Part shown: positions 11,864-23,426 of the stretch, piece by piece | Position numbering within the stretch: position 1 is the stretch's first letter | Layout: every line of letters begins with the position of its first letter | NCBI GenBank assembly: GCA_017499595.2 | Contig: CM039000.1 | Coordinates: forward strand, 2,418,001-2,482,000 | Reading direction: 5' to 3' | DNA from: Psilocybe cubensis | Taxonomy: Eukaryota | DNA: 64,000 nt | Notes under the pieces: model-generated | Database searches by the model: none | What the model saw: only the letters and a program-made list of their open reading frames with translations | What the model was told of the DNA's origin: nothing | Translations under genes and position numbers: made by a program

Positions 11864-12727
11864 ATGGATAACAACGACACCCGGATAAAAAATCTCGGTG
11901 GAGGGTCTTTACTCATTGCGTGGCAACTCAAAGGCAAAAATGTCCTTATTGTCGGAGGTGGAGAAGTAGCTTCACAGCGTATTGAATCCATTCTCGCATC
12001 CGACGCCTTTATCCATGTCCTGTCACCCCAGAACGGCCTCCATCCTCGGACACGGCAATTTATTGAACTTCGAAAGGACCGCATCACTTATCATGAACGA
12101 TGTTACAGTGGACCTGGAGAATTGGATGATATGGACATGGTACTTACTGCACTAGATGACAACGAACTGTCACGCTCCATCGTCGAACTCAGTCGCCAGA
12201 GGCGAATCCCTGTCAATGCTGCCGACATTCCCGATCTCTGTGACTTCTACTTCGGCGCACAAATTCGCGATGGCCCGCTACAAATCATGATATCAACAAA
12301 TGGTAATGGCCCTCGAATAGCGAGCCTTATTAAAACCCGGTTGCAAAAAGGATTATCAGGGTTAGAAGGGGAGGCCATCATCAAGGTGGGTCAATTGAGA
12401 AACAAACTCAAGGAGAGGGCACCAGGCGTTGGGGGACAGTTGGGTCGCGACAGAATGAAATGGATTTCGAGTTTATGCAACAAATGGGAAATGGAGGATT
12501 TCACCCTTTTGGACGAAGCTATGATGGATAGATTATTGGACGAAGGGTGGGAACAAGGTAAACGAGTTCCCGAAATCAAAGATCTAGGCATTCGTCCTAC
12601 CGGAAATAACACACATCGTTGTCGACTATACAATGCCTGTTCAAATTCTCTTGTACAAACGGTTATAGCATTTGTAGCAGGGGCGGCCATGACGACGCTA
12701 TTGTTTCGCCACGTTTCGAAAAGATGA
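11864..12727 (+). CDS. MET8: Siroheme synthase Met8 (precorrin-2 dehydrogenase/ferrochelatase), intronless
   Basis: GGSLLIAWQLKGKNVLIVGGGEVA Rossmann motif; PVNAADIPDLCDFYFG; LQIMISTNGNGPRIA; RMKWISSLC..W. Confidence 0.95.
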   Translation: MDNNDTRIKNLGGGSLLIAWQLKGKNVLIVGGGEVASQRIESILASDAFIHVLSPQNGLHPRTRQFIELRKDRITYHERCYSGPGELDDMDMVLTALDDNELSRSIVELSRQRRIPVNAADIPDLCDFYFGAQIRDGPLQIMISTNGNGPRIASLIKTRLQKGLSGLEGEAIIKVGQLRNKLKERAPGVGGQLGRDRMKWISSLCNKWEMEDFTLLDEAMMDRLLDEGWEQGKRVPEIKDLGIRPTGNNTHRCRLYNACSNSLVQTVIAFVAGAAMTTLLFRHVSKR

Positions 12728-13040
12728 CGATAATTGAATTGATGTTATTCTAAACATCGCTTTTATATTTTTTTTCATGTCCTATGTATAATAAAGAGCT
12801 TAATCCCTTTGTTATCCTGAACCTCCTAGCAGATATCCCGCGGTGTGTTTCACCTGCAGAGAGACGGGCACTTCTGAGGAATGGCGATCGATACTGTCAA
12901 TTGACATTACTGCATATCTATCCTGGCACTTCTGTGCTATGGGGTGTGCTCGTAGAGAAGAGAGCAATCCCAATAGGCTAGAGCAAGACTCGGGAGGAGC
13001 TTCAAAAGAGTCATCACCGCTGAAAAATGTCGCAAGTTGA

Positions 13041-14499
13041 TCATGCCAGAGTGCGGTTGGCGTTGACATAGCCTGTGCCGTAGCATGAATACACCAACTG
13101 GGAACATTCAGGATCCGATGGATCCGCAGAAACGATTTTGAAAGATGTTGCAAAGAAACTTCGGATATCGCGAAGGAATTGAATCCTGTAAATCATGGTT
13201 GAAATGATATTTGGAAAGAGTTACAAGAAATCTTACGTCTTGTTTGTTGGCTCGCCCATTCGACATCGTCCCACATCTTCACTTCCAAGTACCATCATCA
13301 GAAGCACAAGGGTCTGATGTTTTTCATCGACGCAGCCTCCTTTCTCAATTTCAGTCAGGAGTGCTCGAGTTGCCTTCAGTCCGATGTCTTCTGGGGCCAC
13401 GCCTGCCTCAGATATTGCTTCAGAACAGTAGATGGCGGATGTGGTTGACTCGGCAAGTAATGTCAAAGCATATCCTGGTGATCTATCGGAGAGCATAGAT
13501 GTAGTGATTCGATGACTTAAAAAGAAGTATCTACTCACTTTCCACTTTCATCGCCTTTGTAAACATCAGAATACAGATATATATCAGGGATATAACGGTT
13601 TAGTATTGAGCGTGAAGCTTCGATCATACGGTTGGAGAATTGTGGGTTCACGCGAACAGCATGGCTGTGTGATTTTTATGATTCTGGCCAGTGTTCAAAT
13701 AACTGTTGAACTTACGCAACACCACGAATACGCTTGATTTTACCAGGGTCTATAAAGTTGATGGTCTTTACCTGCTTGACGATAGGACACATGAATTGCA
13801 CCTCTCCACCACCACCTGGTGCAGCACCACGTTTTTTAATCTGAAGGATGATTGGGTTAGCGCCGTCCTATGCATATGTAGGTACATCATACCCTCAATT
13901 CCAGTCCTTGGGATATTCCGAATAATTGCAAATGAGGGAGTGTGACTGTGCGTAGAATATCTACCTAAATCATGGATGTTAAAATAGAGAGAAAAATACC
14001 GTGCAAAACAACATGCCGAAAAGTCATGTTCATCAGTCGTGATGCCTTTTAAAGTGACGTTTACTGGTTTCTTCGCGAATGGAGCCAACATGATGAGAGG
14101 TTCAAGAAAGTATCCAATTGCCCTAGATGTCGGACATTCATGCTGCAGTGTGCCTCCTAAGATGATACCTGGTTTGAGCAGAATGGCAGTGCCTGTTCGA
14201 AAGACATTAGATGAGCCATGGACGATAAATCCAAGTGCGCACCTGTCACCGAGATCTCAATGACCGTCCCATTTGTAAACTTCTCCAACAAACGCAGAAG
14301 GCTGATCTCATAGTCTACCCGGTTTATTAATCATGCCTTTGCAGTGATTAGACACCGACGCACCTCTCAAACCCGGATTTTTGTCCTCGGAGCGTATCTT
14401 GTCAATGCGAACGTATTTTCCGCTGAGTATGGACAAGACCAGGCGATTTCTGAGATGATTGTGACCACTAAAATGAACAAGAGACACCGGTTGGGCCAT
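13041..14499 (-). CDS. RCL1: RNA 3'-terminal phosphate cyclase-like protein (18S rRNA processing)
   Basis: FSGHNHLRNRLVLSILSGK..IDKIRSEDKNPGL, LAPFAKKP..TLKGIT, SPGYALTLLAEST, PEDIG, GSEDVGRCRMG; ends YSCYGTGYVNANRTLA*. Confidence 0.95.
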
Positions 14500-14707
14500 G
14501 ATGCATTCGTAGATAGAACCAAAAAAAAATAAAAACAAGTCGATGCCCGCACTACGCTTACCTCAGAAACGCGATCGGTCGCCTGCCAAAAGCGGACAAT
14601 CACTTCCGCACAGCCACAAGTGCAAGTATTATCAAATAATTATAACCTTCAACGCTGACTCAATTCCTCAAAGCCACTCTCACTTCTTTCAAATAGGTTC
14701 TGCAATC

Positions 14708-16360
14708 ATGTCCTCAGAATCATCAACACTCGTGCATGACTGGCCTGGGCGATATCATCATATAGATCAAGTCCTGAATACCCCTGGGCCTCGTACAGAC
14801 CCTGGCTTTCTTGCCGGAGATGGGGTAGGTACTGGACAATTCATCCGGCGCTAAATGTTGAATTATCTTTAGGTGAAGGACTTCCTCAGAAATAAAGCCA
14901 AGATCTTGGTCATCGGTGCAGGAGGCCTTGGTTGCGAAATTTTGGCCAACCTAGCACTGACGGGGTTCAAAGACATTCATGTAATCGACATGGACACGAT
15001 TGATATTAGCAATCTCAATCGACAGTTTCTATTTAGGCAAGCAGTCATAGCTCCGTGCATACATCAACTAATCCGTTTATTAGACAAAAAGATGTTGGGA
15101 AACCCAAAGCTACTGTAGCTGCACAGTTCATCATGAACCGTGTGCCAGGAGTCAAGGTGACACCGTAAGTGCACACAATGTGCACACATATGTGTCCATG
15201 TTTGCCTTTATTAACTCGAGTTATACCAGATACTTTGGGAAGATTCAGGATAAAGATGACGACTATTATCTACAATTCGATCTTGTCATTTGTGGACTCG
15301 ACTCGGTGGAAGCACGACGGTGGATGAACGCGACCCTTGTAAATCTCGTTGACCCTGAGAAACCTGACAGCCTAAAGCCTATGATTGATGGCGGAACTGA
15401 AGGTTTTTCTTCTGTCAATGGTTAAGCTATGTAAGCAAACTCAACTTTTCTAGGTTTCAAGGGCCAAGCTCGCGTCATTCTCCCCACCATAACTTCTTGC
15501 TATGAGTGTTCATTGGATATGCTCAACAAGCCGACTGCCTTCCCAATCTGTACAATCGCAAATACACCTCGACTTCCAGAGCACTGCATAGAATGGGCTT
15601 CTGTACTAGAATGGCCTCGTGTTCATGGAGGCGAGTGACTTTATGCTTACTCTTATTGTAACTGACCGCTTGCAGATAAGAAGATGGATACCGATGATCC
15701 CGACCATATTGGTTGGCTTTACAAAGTCGCTGCCGCTCGTGCTGCTGAATTCAAGATTGAAGGTGTAACCTGGTCTCTAACCCAAGGAGTAGTAAAGAAT
15801 ATTATTCCTGCTATCGCATCGACTAATGCTATCATAGCTGGTAAGTTCTCACCGTCGACACATTTCACCTCCTCTTATATTCCCCCATACAAAAGCTGCA
15901 TGCTGCAACGAAGCCTTCAAGATTGCCACTAGCTCAGCAGCTTATCTGAACAACTACTTTATGTTAATAGGCACTGATGGTGTTTATTCATATACTTTCG
16001 AACATGAAAAACGAGACGATTGTCCAGTCTGTGGAGGGGAAGCAGTGGACATGACAATCAATTCCGACACGACAGTCGAGCAACTTATCGAAATTCTGAT
16101 CGAAAAGCAGGATATGTGAATATTCTTTTCTATCCATATATCTGCAAGCTGACTATATCTACATTAGCCAAATCAAGAAACCCTCGTTATCCACTTCCAC
16201 CAAGCAGATCTACCTCCAGGCACCGCCGCAACTTGAGCAGGCGACAAGGCCCAACCTGGAGAAAAAGGTTTCAGAACTGGTTCCTCCAGGAGGCGAGATT
16301 ACTGTTACAGCAAGTACTTTGCCATTCAGTTTATCTCTTCGTATCTCGTACGAAGCCTAA
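14708..16360 (+). CDS. UBA3: NEDD8-activating enzyme E1 catalytic subunit
   Basis: [63 protein letters not shown] (catalytic Cys), [17 protein letters not shown]; 7 introns. Confidence 0.96.
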
Positions 16361-16503
16361 TACTTACCTGATCTCGCGTCCTTGTATATTTCCGGTGCAT
16401 CATATACGTGGGTGTCTGTATAATAAATCATATGAACGAGTTGAACACAACAACGGGCACTACCATGTGTATCGTAAGGCTGACGACTATTGTATCGTTA
16501 CTA

Positions 16504-18777
16504 TCACTTGCAAATGATCACTACTCTGCCGTAGTCATTTTCGCCTTGACCTCCCCCTATAGTTCGCAGCCATTGTTCTAAAAGAGGCCAGCCTGCCTCG
16601 AATTTGACAGATAGCTCGTCGGTATGATGTTCTCCATCAAGCATAGACTTGAATGACGGCGGCACCGATGGCTGGGAAGTTATATTTGCCGCTTGATTAA
16701 GGGGGCGCGATGGCGTTAAGGTCATCTTGGCAATGATCGGAGAAGACGGCGGAACCACAGGTGCAATGAGCGACTGCCGGCGTGAGTCCCGTCCTGTTGA
16801 AGCATTTTTAGTAGGGCTTGCATGTGCCACACCGGTCGATGGGAGGGTCGCTGAGATACCAGCGAGAGATACTACAGAGCCATTCAATGCATTGGTTACT
16901 GTAGCCAGAGAGTTGGAAGAGTTAGTCAAGCTTTCGTGTGGGAAGTTGATCCATGAATTGCGCTGCGATGCAAGAGCGTTGGTTCCTGATTTTTGCATGT
17001 CCCTGCTGCGAAGTTGTTCCAAAACCTTTTCAGCGGCGCTGGCTCTTCGAGCTCGGTGAGATGCAGATATGGTGGAGGAAGGGGGTGCGTCGGTCTCATG
17101 AGGCGTAACGTCAGCCGGAGGAGTCGGGAAGATAATAGGCTGCTGTCCCTGTAAATGAAGTGGAAAGATGGTCAAAACTTGTGATGACATAGGTTGAAGC
17201 ACGGACGTTAGCGGCAGATAAGCTTTTGCCTCGTTTGCGGGCAAGGACTGAATGAGTAATTGGTTCTATCGGGCTTTCCAAAGGATATATGTGCTCATTT
17301 GAACCAATTTCATCAGGATCAGGGGAAATGTAAACGGGATATCGATGTACGCGCCGAAGAAACCCCTGTGGACGCAGGTTTAGGGTTGTTAACTACAGGT
17401 ATGATGACGCACCTTGATAACACCAAAACTCGTGAACCTCCGTACGTCAATGCCTAAGCTTTCTACGTCGTGTGATTTCATCCAGTCAAAGATGGTCTTG
17501 CCGGGTTTCAACCTTGAATATAAATGCAGAAGCCGAGGCCAATCAGGTATAGTCTTGCCTGATGCCAATCAAATGTGAACCGTAGCTCTGACAGTCATAA
17601 AGTCGGGCCCACCTGGCTTGGTCACGTAAGGTCCACACTCTTCCTTAACATGAGCCTCATCAGCAAGCCACTGCACACTTTTTTTCAAAGTGTACATATT
17701 CGAGTATTGAAAAATATCAATCATCATGATCACTTGATAGTATCTAGAAGATATAAATAAGGTTCTGCAGTTATATGACTCTCAAATGACTTACAATAAA
17801 TGCGATATTGCTTGTCGCGTCAATGCCAGATCGCAATCTGCTAGGTGTGCAATACGACTAACGTGATTGATCCCGTCAATGAATTTGGATACTTTCAGCA
17901 CAGTAAGATCCCAGTTATCCTCCACTCTCTTGGGAAGATTGATCAAAGCAAGAGGAACCATCCAATCTCGTAAAGGGGGAGGATTTGGATAGAAGGGGAA
18001 GATTTTCAACTCAATGGAGTTGAACTGATCAATAGAAATTGAGGTCTCGGAATATGAATTCAGATCTTCATAAAGCTGCTCAAGAATGGCATGAACGGCA
18101 GGGGATGTGTTGGGCGAGGACAAGAAGTGTGATTCCTCCTGAAGCATCAATCAATCAAAAATCAGTGAGATATGTAGTGGTGTGTCATAGCTCACCTCGC
18201 AAGCTTTAAGCACACGACTAATTTTACGAACAACAGGTTCATAACAACTGAGATCTGCTTCGCGTTCGAAGACAAAGCATAGATTGTAACGGAAGTAGTT
18301 GCGGGTGTAGTTCCCTTTCAATTCCACAGGAAAACCAATGATGCGATGCCGCCTGGTAGCACATGTAACGAGTCTGCCACATAGAGCTTGGTGCGGTATA
18401 ACAAACATTGATATGTCATTGAAATTGAATAGTGTACGTTGAGAGGAATTGGAACGTTTCTGCGGGGAAGATAGATGACGACCACCTGGCCTGTAGAAAT
18501 CCGTAGGCGAGGCCAGAGAAGTGCTGGAATTTCGAGAGGTCAGACCATTTAGATTGCTAAAGGATCCAGTAGGCACCACGGGAGGTGAAGTCTCTGACGA
18601 TGGAGTTGGAGGCACGGAACAACCGTTGTTTATATTACCAGATGATGGAGGACCAGTGGATGTCACGGAAATGAGCCCCTCAGGTACCTGATAGACGACT
18701 TTGGGGCCCTGTTTAACATCGAAAACGGCATAAAAGACGGACTGGACGCGCGGTAGAAAGGAATCGCCTTCAGGCAT
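16504..18777 (-). CDS. NPR2: GATOR1/SEACIT subunit Npr2 (NPRL2)
   Basis: SVFYAVFDVKQGPKVVYQVP, YTRNYFRYNLCFVF, YEPVVRKISRVL, LYEDLNSYSET, WDLTVLKV..FIDGINHV, LDGEHHTDELSV, C-terminal VIICK*. Confidence 0.93.
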
Positions 18778-18878
18778 AGTATGAATACCAAAAAGGTGAT
18801 GTGTCGGTCCGGCTCATTATTGTAGAAAACAAAGGACGCGCGACTGTCCAACTCTTGCCTCTTCCTCCAACATTGCAC

Positions 18879-20336
18879 ATGTCCATTTCTGGCTTTAAAA
18901 CCATTTCTCTTCCTCTCTCTCAACTATCGTTATCTGCTGTTCTCAAATGTGGCCAGTCATTTCTCTGGACGGTTCTTACACCCCTTACAACCGACACTCC
19001 TGCGCATAGCTCAGACGTACCCTCTACGCATACAGAGTACCGCTTGTGCCTCCGAGACCGTGTCATCTGCCTCCGACAGACACCTGACGCTCTTTTTTAT
19101 CGCTCTGTGTTCCCGGAGGCTCATTGTTCAGAATCTGTTCAACTAAGACGTGACGAAGAAACACTAGAGTGGTTAAAAGATTACTTCCAATTGGACATCG
19201 ACCTCTTGGATTTGTACAAGCAATGGGCCGACAAAGATAAGGTCTTTGCCAAATTTCAAGACAGGTTTCAAGGTATAAGAATGTTGCGACAAGATCCTTG
19301 GGAGAATCTTATATCGTGCGCTTTCTTGTTTAGTGTCAAGTCAATCCTTCTAATTCTAGGCTAGATTTATATGCTCTTCCAATAACAATATATCTCGAAT
19401 AACAAAGATGGTCCAAAGTCTGTGTACTCAATATTCTCCTCCATTGTTAGATTTGGAGCATCCTTTTCTACCGAACAAGATGCTCACTTACCATCCGTTT
19501 CCTCCACCCTCTGCTCTCGCGGATCCATCTGTTGGATCCCAGTTGAGAGGTCTTGGCTTCGGATATCGCGCCGACTTTGTCCAGCGAACTGCAAAAATGC
19601 TCGTTGATTTCCATGGCAGTAATAAGGTGACGACTTACGGGAAACCTTTGGAAGCATCCGAAGTTTGGCTGCGACAACTTAGAAATGTCAGCACAGAGGA
19701 AGCTCGTCAGGAACTCCTCAAATTCATCGGCGTGGGAAGGAAAGTTGCAGATTGTGTGCTCTTGATGAGTCTAGACAAGGTGAATTTGCTCTATCTTGTC
19801 TCGACAATTTCACTCACACGGCCTCCAGAAAGAAGTGGTACCTGTCGACACACATGTGCACCAGATCGCTATAAAACATTATGGTCTAAAGGGTTCTGTC
19901 AATGGGAAGGCTACTATGACGCCGAAACTTTATGAAGAAACCAATTCCAGATTCTTCTCGATATGGGGAGATTATGCTGGATGGGCTCATTCCGTCTGTT
20001 CTCGCTTTGATCGCATCTACAAATATCTTGACCTGTTACTTTCTGTAGGTACTTTTTACAGCCGACTTGAAGTCATTTGCACTCTATGGTCTATCCCCCA
20101 ACTCTTCTCCCTCTTTAAACATTCCTTCACCAAAGAAAAAGGGTGCCAAAAGTGTTAACATTAACGACAACTTGCTCCCCACACCCCCTATGACACCTTC
20201 ACCTTCGAAGAGAAAGTCGGAGACAGAGTTATCTTGTGCTTTAGGAGCTCCTTCAACGCCCATATCTCAGCTCTGTATTGACACTGCCGAAACTCTCAGC
20301 CTTATTGATAGAGTAAAAAGAAGACGCCGTGTCTAG
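18879..20336 (+). CDS. OGG1: 8-oxoguanine DNA glycosylase/AP lyase
   Basis: VLKCGQSF.W, GIRMLRQDPWENLIS|FICSSNNNISRI, LRGLGFGYRA, HhH motif GVGRKVADCVLLMSL, VPVDTHV, WGDYAGWAHS; basic NLS-like C-terminus KRRRRV. Confidence 0.96.
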
Positions 20337-20617
20337 CAACCAGAAGTTCTCAAAACGATACCAAATGGCACTGACGTTATGATGTTTTCTGCATTTACTG
20401 GTAAACTGGTGTCTTAAGCTATTGAATGAGCATGTAGACCTGTACTGTATATCCAGTAATTTCAATTGGCTGTTTCCCATCTTGTGAGATTTGAGATTAA
20501 CGAAACAAGTGAAAAAATGCCGTAGTCTATCCGGGCCGTGTATCCGCAATCACTCAGACAGGCATTGATAACTCTTGCAGTGACTGCATTTCATTTCGAT
20601 TTTCTATCACTACCGCC

Positions 20618-22074
20618 ATGTCTGCTCCATCCCTTCCCGCGTTATTCGGTAGCGTATTGAAGACCACAACGAAGCTCGCGGAACTTCCTACCATGGAAGA
20701 CCAAACACAGGTAACGGTCATTCGGTCATCGGAAAGACACACTGGTTTGACAATGTTTTGTAGGAACTCGTCGAGGAATGTTTGAAGAATCTCAGGGACC
20801 TCCACTCTCATATAATTGATTTGTCTATATTCAGTCCAAATGAAACTTTGGAGGACATTTCGACTCGAGATCTCGTGTACCTTGCCGTGCCCTATGTATT
20901 TGCTGAGGTGCAAGGGCGCATGAAGACTACAGTCAGGGTAGATCGTATGAATTCACTCATTCAGGCGGAAGTATGTGCACCTTGATATATTTTGTCTGTT
21001 GTATCTGAAATTAACTTTATAGCTCATTTAGAGATACATACAGAACTTTATTGGATTGTTGGAAAAGTATGAGATCGTTCCAGAGGATGAACGTACTCTC
21101 TTCGATCGTAAGACGGCGAATGTGGCAGATTTTTCAAAAAGAAGGGAACTGAAAATTAATCAGTACAAGAAAGAGAGGGAATTGAAGGCCAGAATAGACG
21201 TAATTGACTTTTTCTTCTCAGTCAATCGTGGACTCATTATGCTCTTATAGACTATCCGAAAACGAAGGCGTCAGATAACATTGCCTGAAGATGCATCTTC
21301 CGACTTTGACCTGTTGGCGTCGTTGCTTTTCGCTGAATCGAATGATACTCCAAAGGAAGAAGAGGCCAATTCAGAAACTGAGGAAATACTTCGTGAAACG
21401 ACTCTACTACTGCTTCGGTTGCTGTATGCTCATGCGAGCGGACAACTGCAGAGCATGGAGCAAGAACTAGACCTCCTGCGGAATGCGCCTCCTAGTCCTA
21501 TAATGGGACCCGATGAGCATGAAGACGAACGAAGCAAAAAGAGGAAGGAAGAAGCAAGCGAATGGAAATTGGACGTACCAGTCCCAGGAGGGCCAGATGG
21601 AAAGGGGCCTCTGCTTGATTCCAAAGGAAAGGTGTGTATATTTCCAGGATGCTACTTTGATCTGTTAATCATATTGTAGCCTCTCCGCCCATTTACAATC
21701 TTGCCGTCCGATGCTGTTGACCGAGCGCGTTTGCAAGCACAAGTATTTGGCCCAGGGCATAGGTTGCCGACTATGACAATAGAAGAATATCTGCAGATCG
21801 AAAAGCAGCGAGGGAATATCATCACGGGCGGAGGGTGAGTAATTGCTATTTATTGACGTTAACCTGTTTGCTTAAGGACTTCTCTCGCATTGTCGTCAGT
21901 GCTGCCTCTCAAAATGCTCCTACGTCCTCAGAAAAGTTGGCTAATGAATCAGAAATGGACGGAACGTTGGAAAGTGACCTTAAATCAGAGATTAAAAGAC
22001 AGAAGGACGAGAATTGGGCAAGGTTCACCGACGAGAATCCGAAAGGGGCCGGTAACACGATGAATAGAGGGTAA
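20618..22074 (+). CDS. TAP42: PP2A regulatory subunit Tap42/alpha4 (IGBP1)
   Basis: FSPNETLEDISTRDL.YL, RRELKINQYKKE, GPLLDSKGK|PLRPFTI, VFGPGHRLPTMTIEEYL, terminal WARFTDENPKGAGNTMNRG*. Confidence 0.95.
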
Positions 22075-22248
22075 GATGACCTTTTATTTGTATTCTAGGC
22101 GACAGGTTTGCAAGCAGATGAACACCAATACCAGCAAAAGTGTATTGACATAGTTCTCAAAATCCATGTACAATAATGGCTCCATGACGATAAATTAGAA
22201 CATACAAGCTGAATATATATTTGTCAACCTCGCTGTACCCTTAGGATA

Positions 22249-23170
<922 letters not shown>

Positions 23171-23426
23171 GACTTACAGAATAGATAGTGGTTTTATAGA
23201 CTCTGGTATGTGCACAGCAGTTAGGAAACGGCAGATGAATCCAGGAATTTGTCGGACGACTGGCGAGGGCTGGTGTCACTGAACCGCGAGCTGAGCAACT
23301 GGCATAACGTGTGTTACTAGTAGCAGCAACAGGCACCGAATCAAGGCACATGATCCGCTCGCGTTGACTTCAAAATTTAAATTAACTGCCTTGATCTCTA
23401 TATCCTCCTTCTTAACGTCCTCGACC

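Noticed and set aside
18801..18878. GTG-initiated N-terminal extension of OGG1 as a mitochondrial presequence
   Set aside because: It lies within the 101-nt divergent spacer, probably upstream of the TSS, and is not presequence-like.
23350..23367. Five-codon uORF (MIRSR*) before MTHFR
   Set aside because: It may lie upstream of the TSS in a 256-nt divergent spacer; such short ORFs are common and nothing else supports it.
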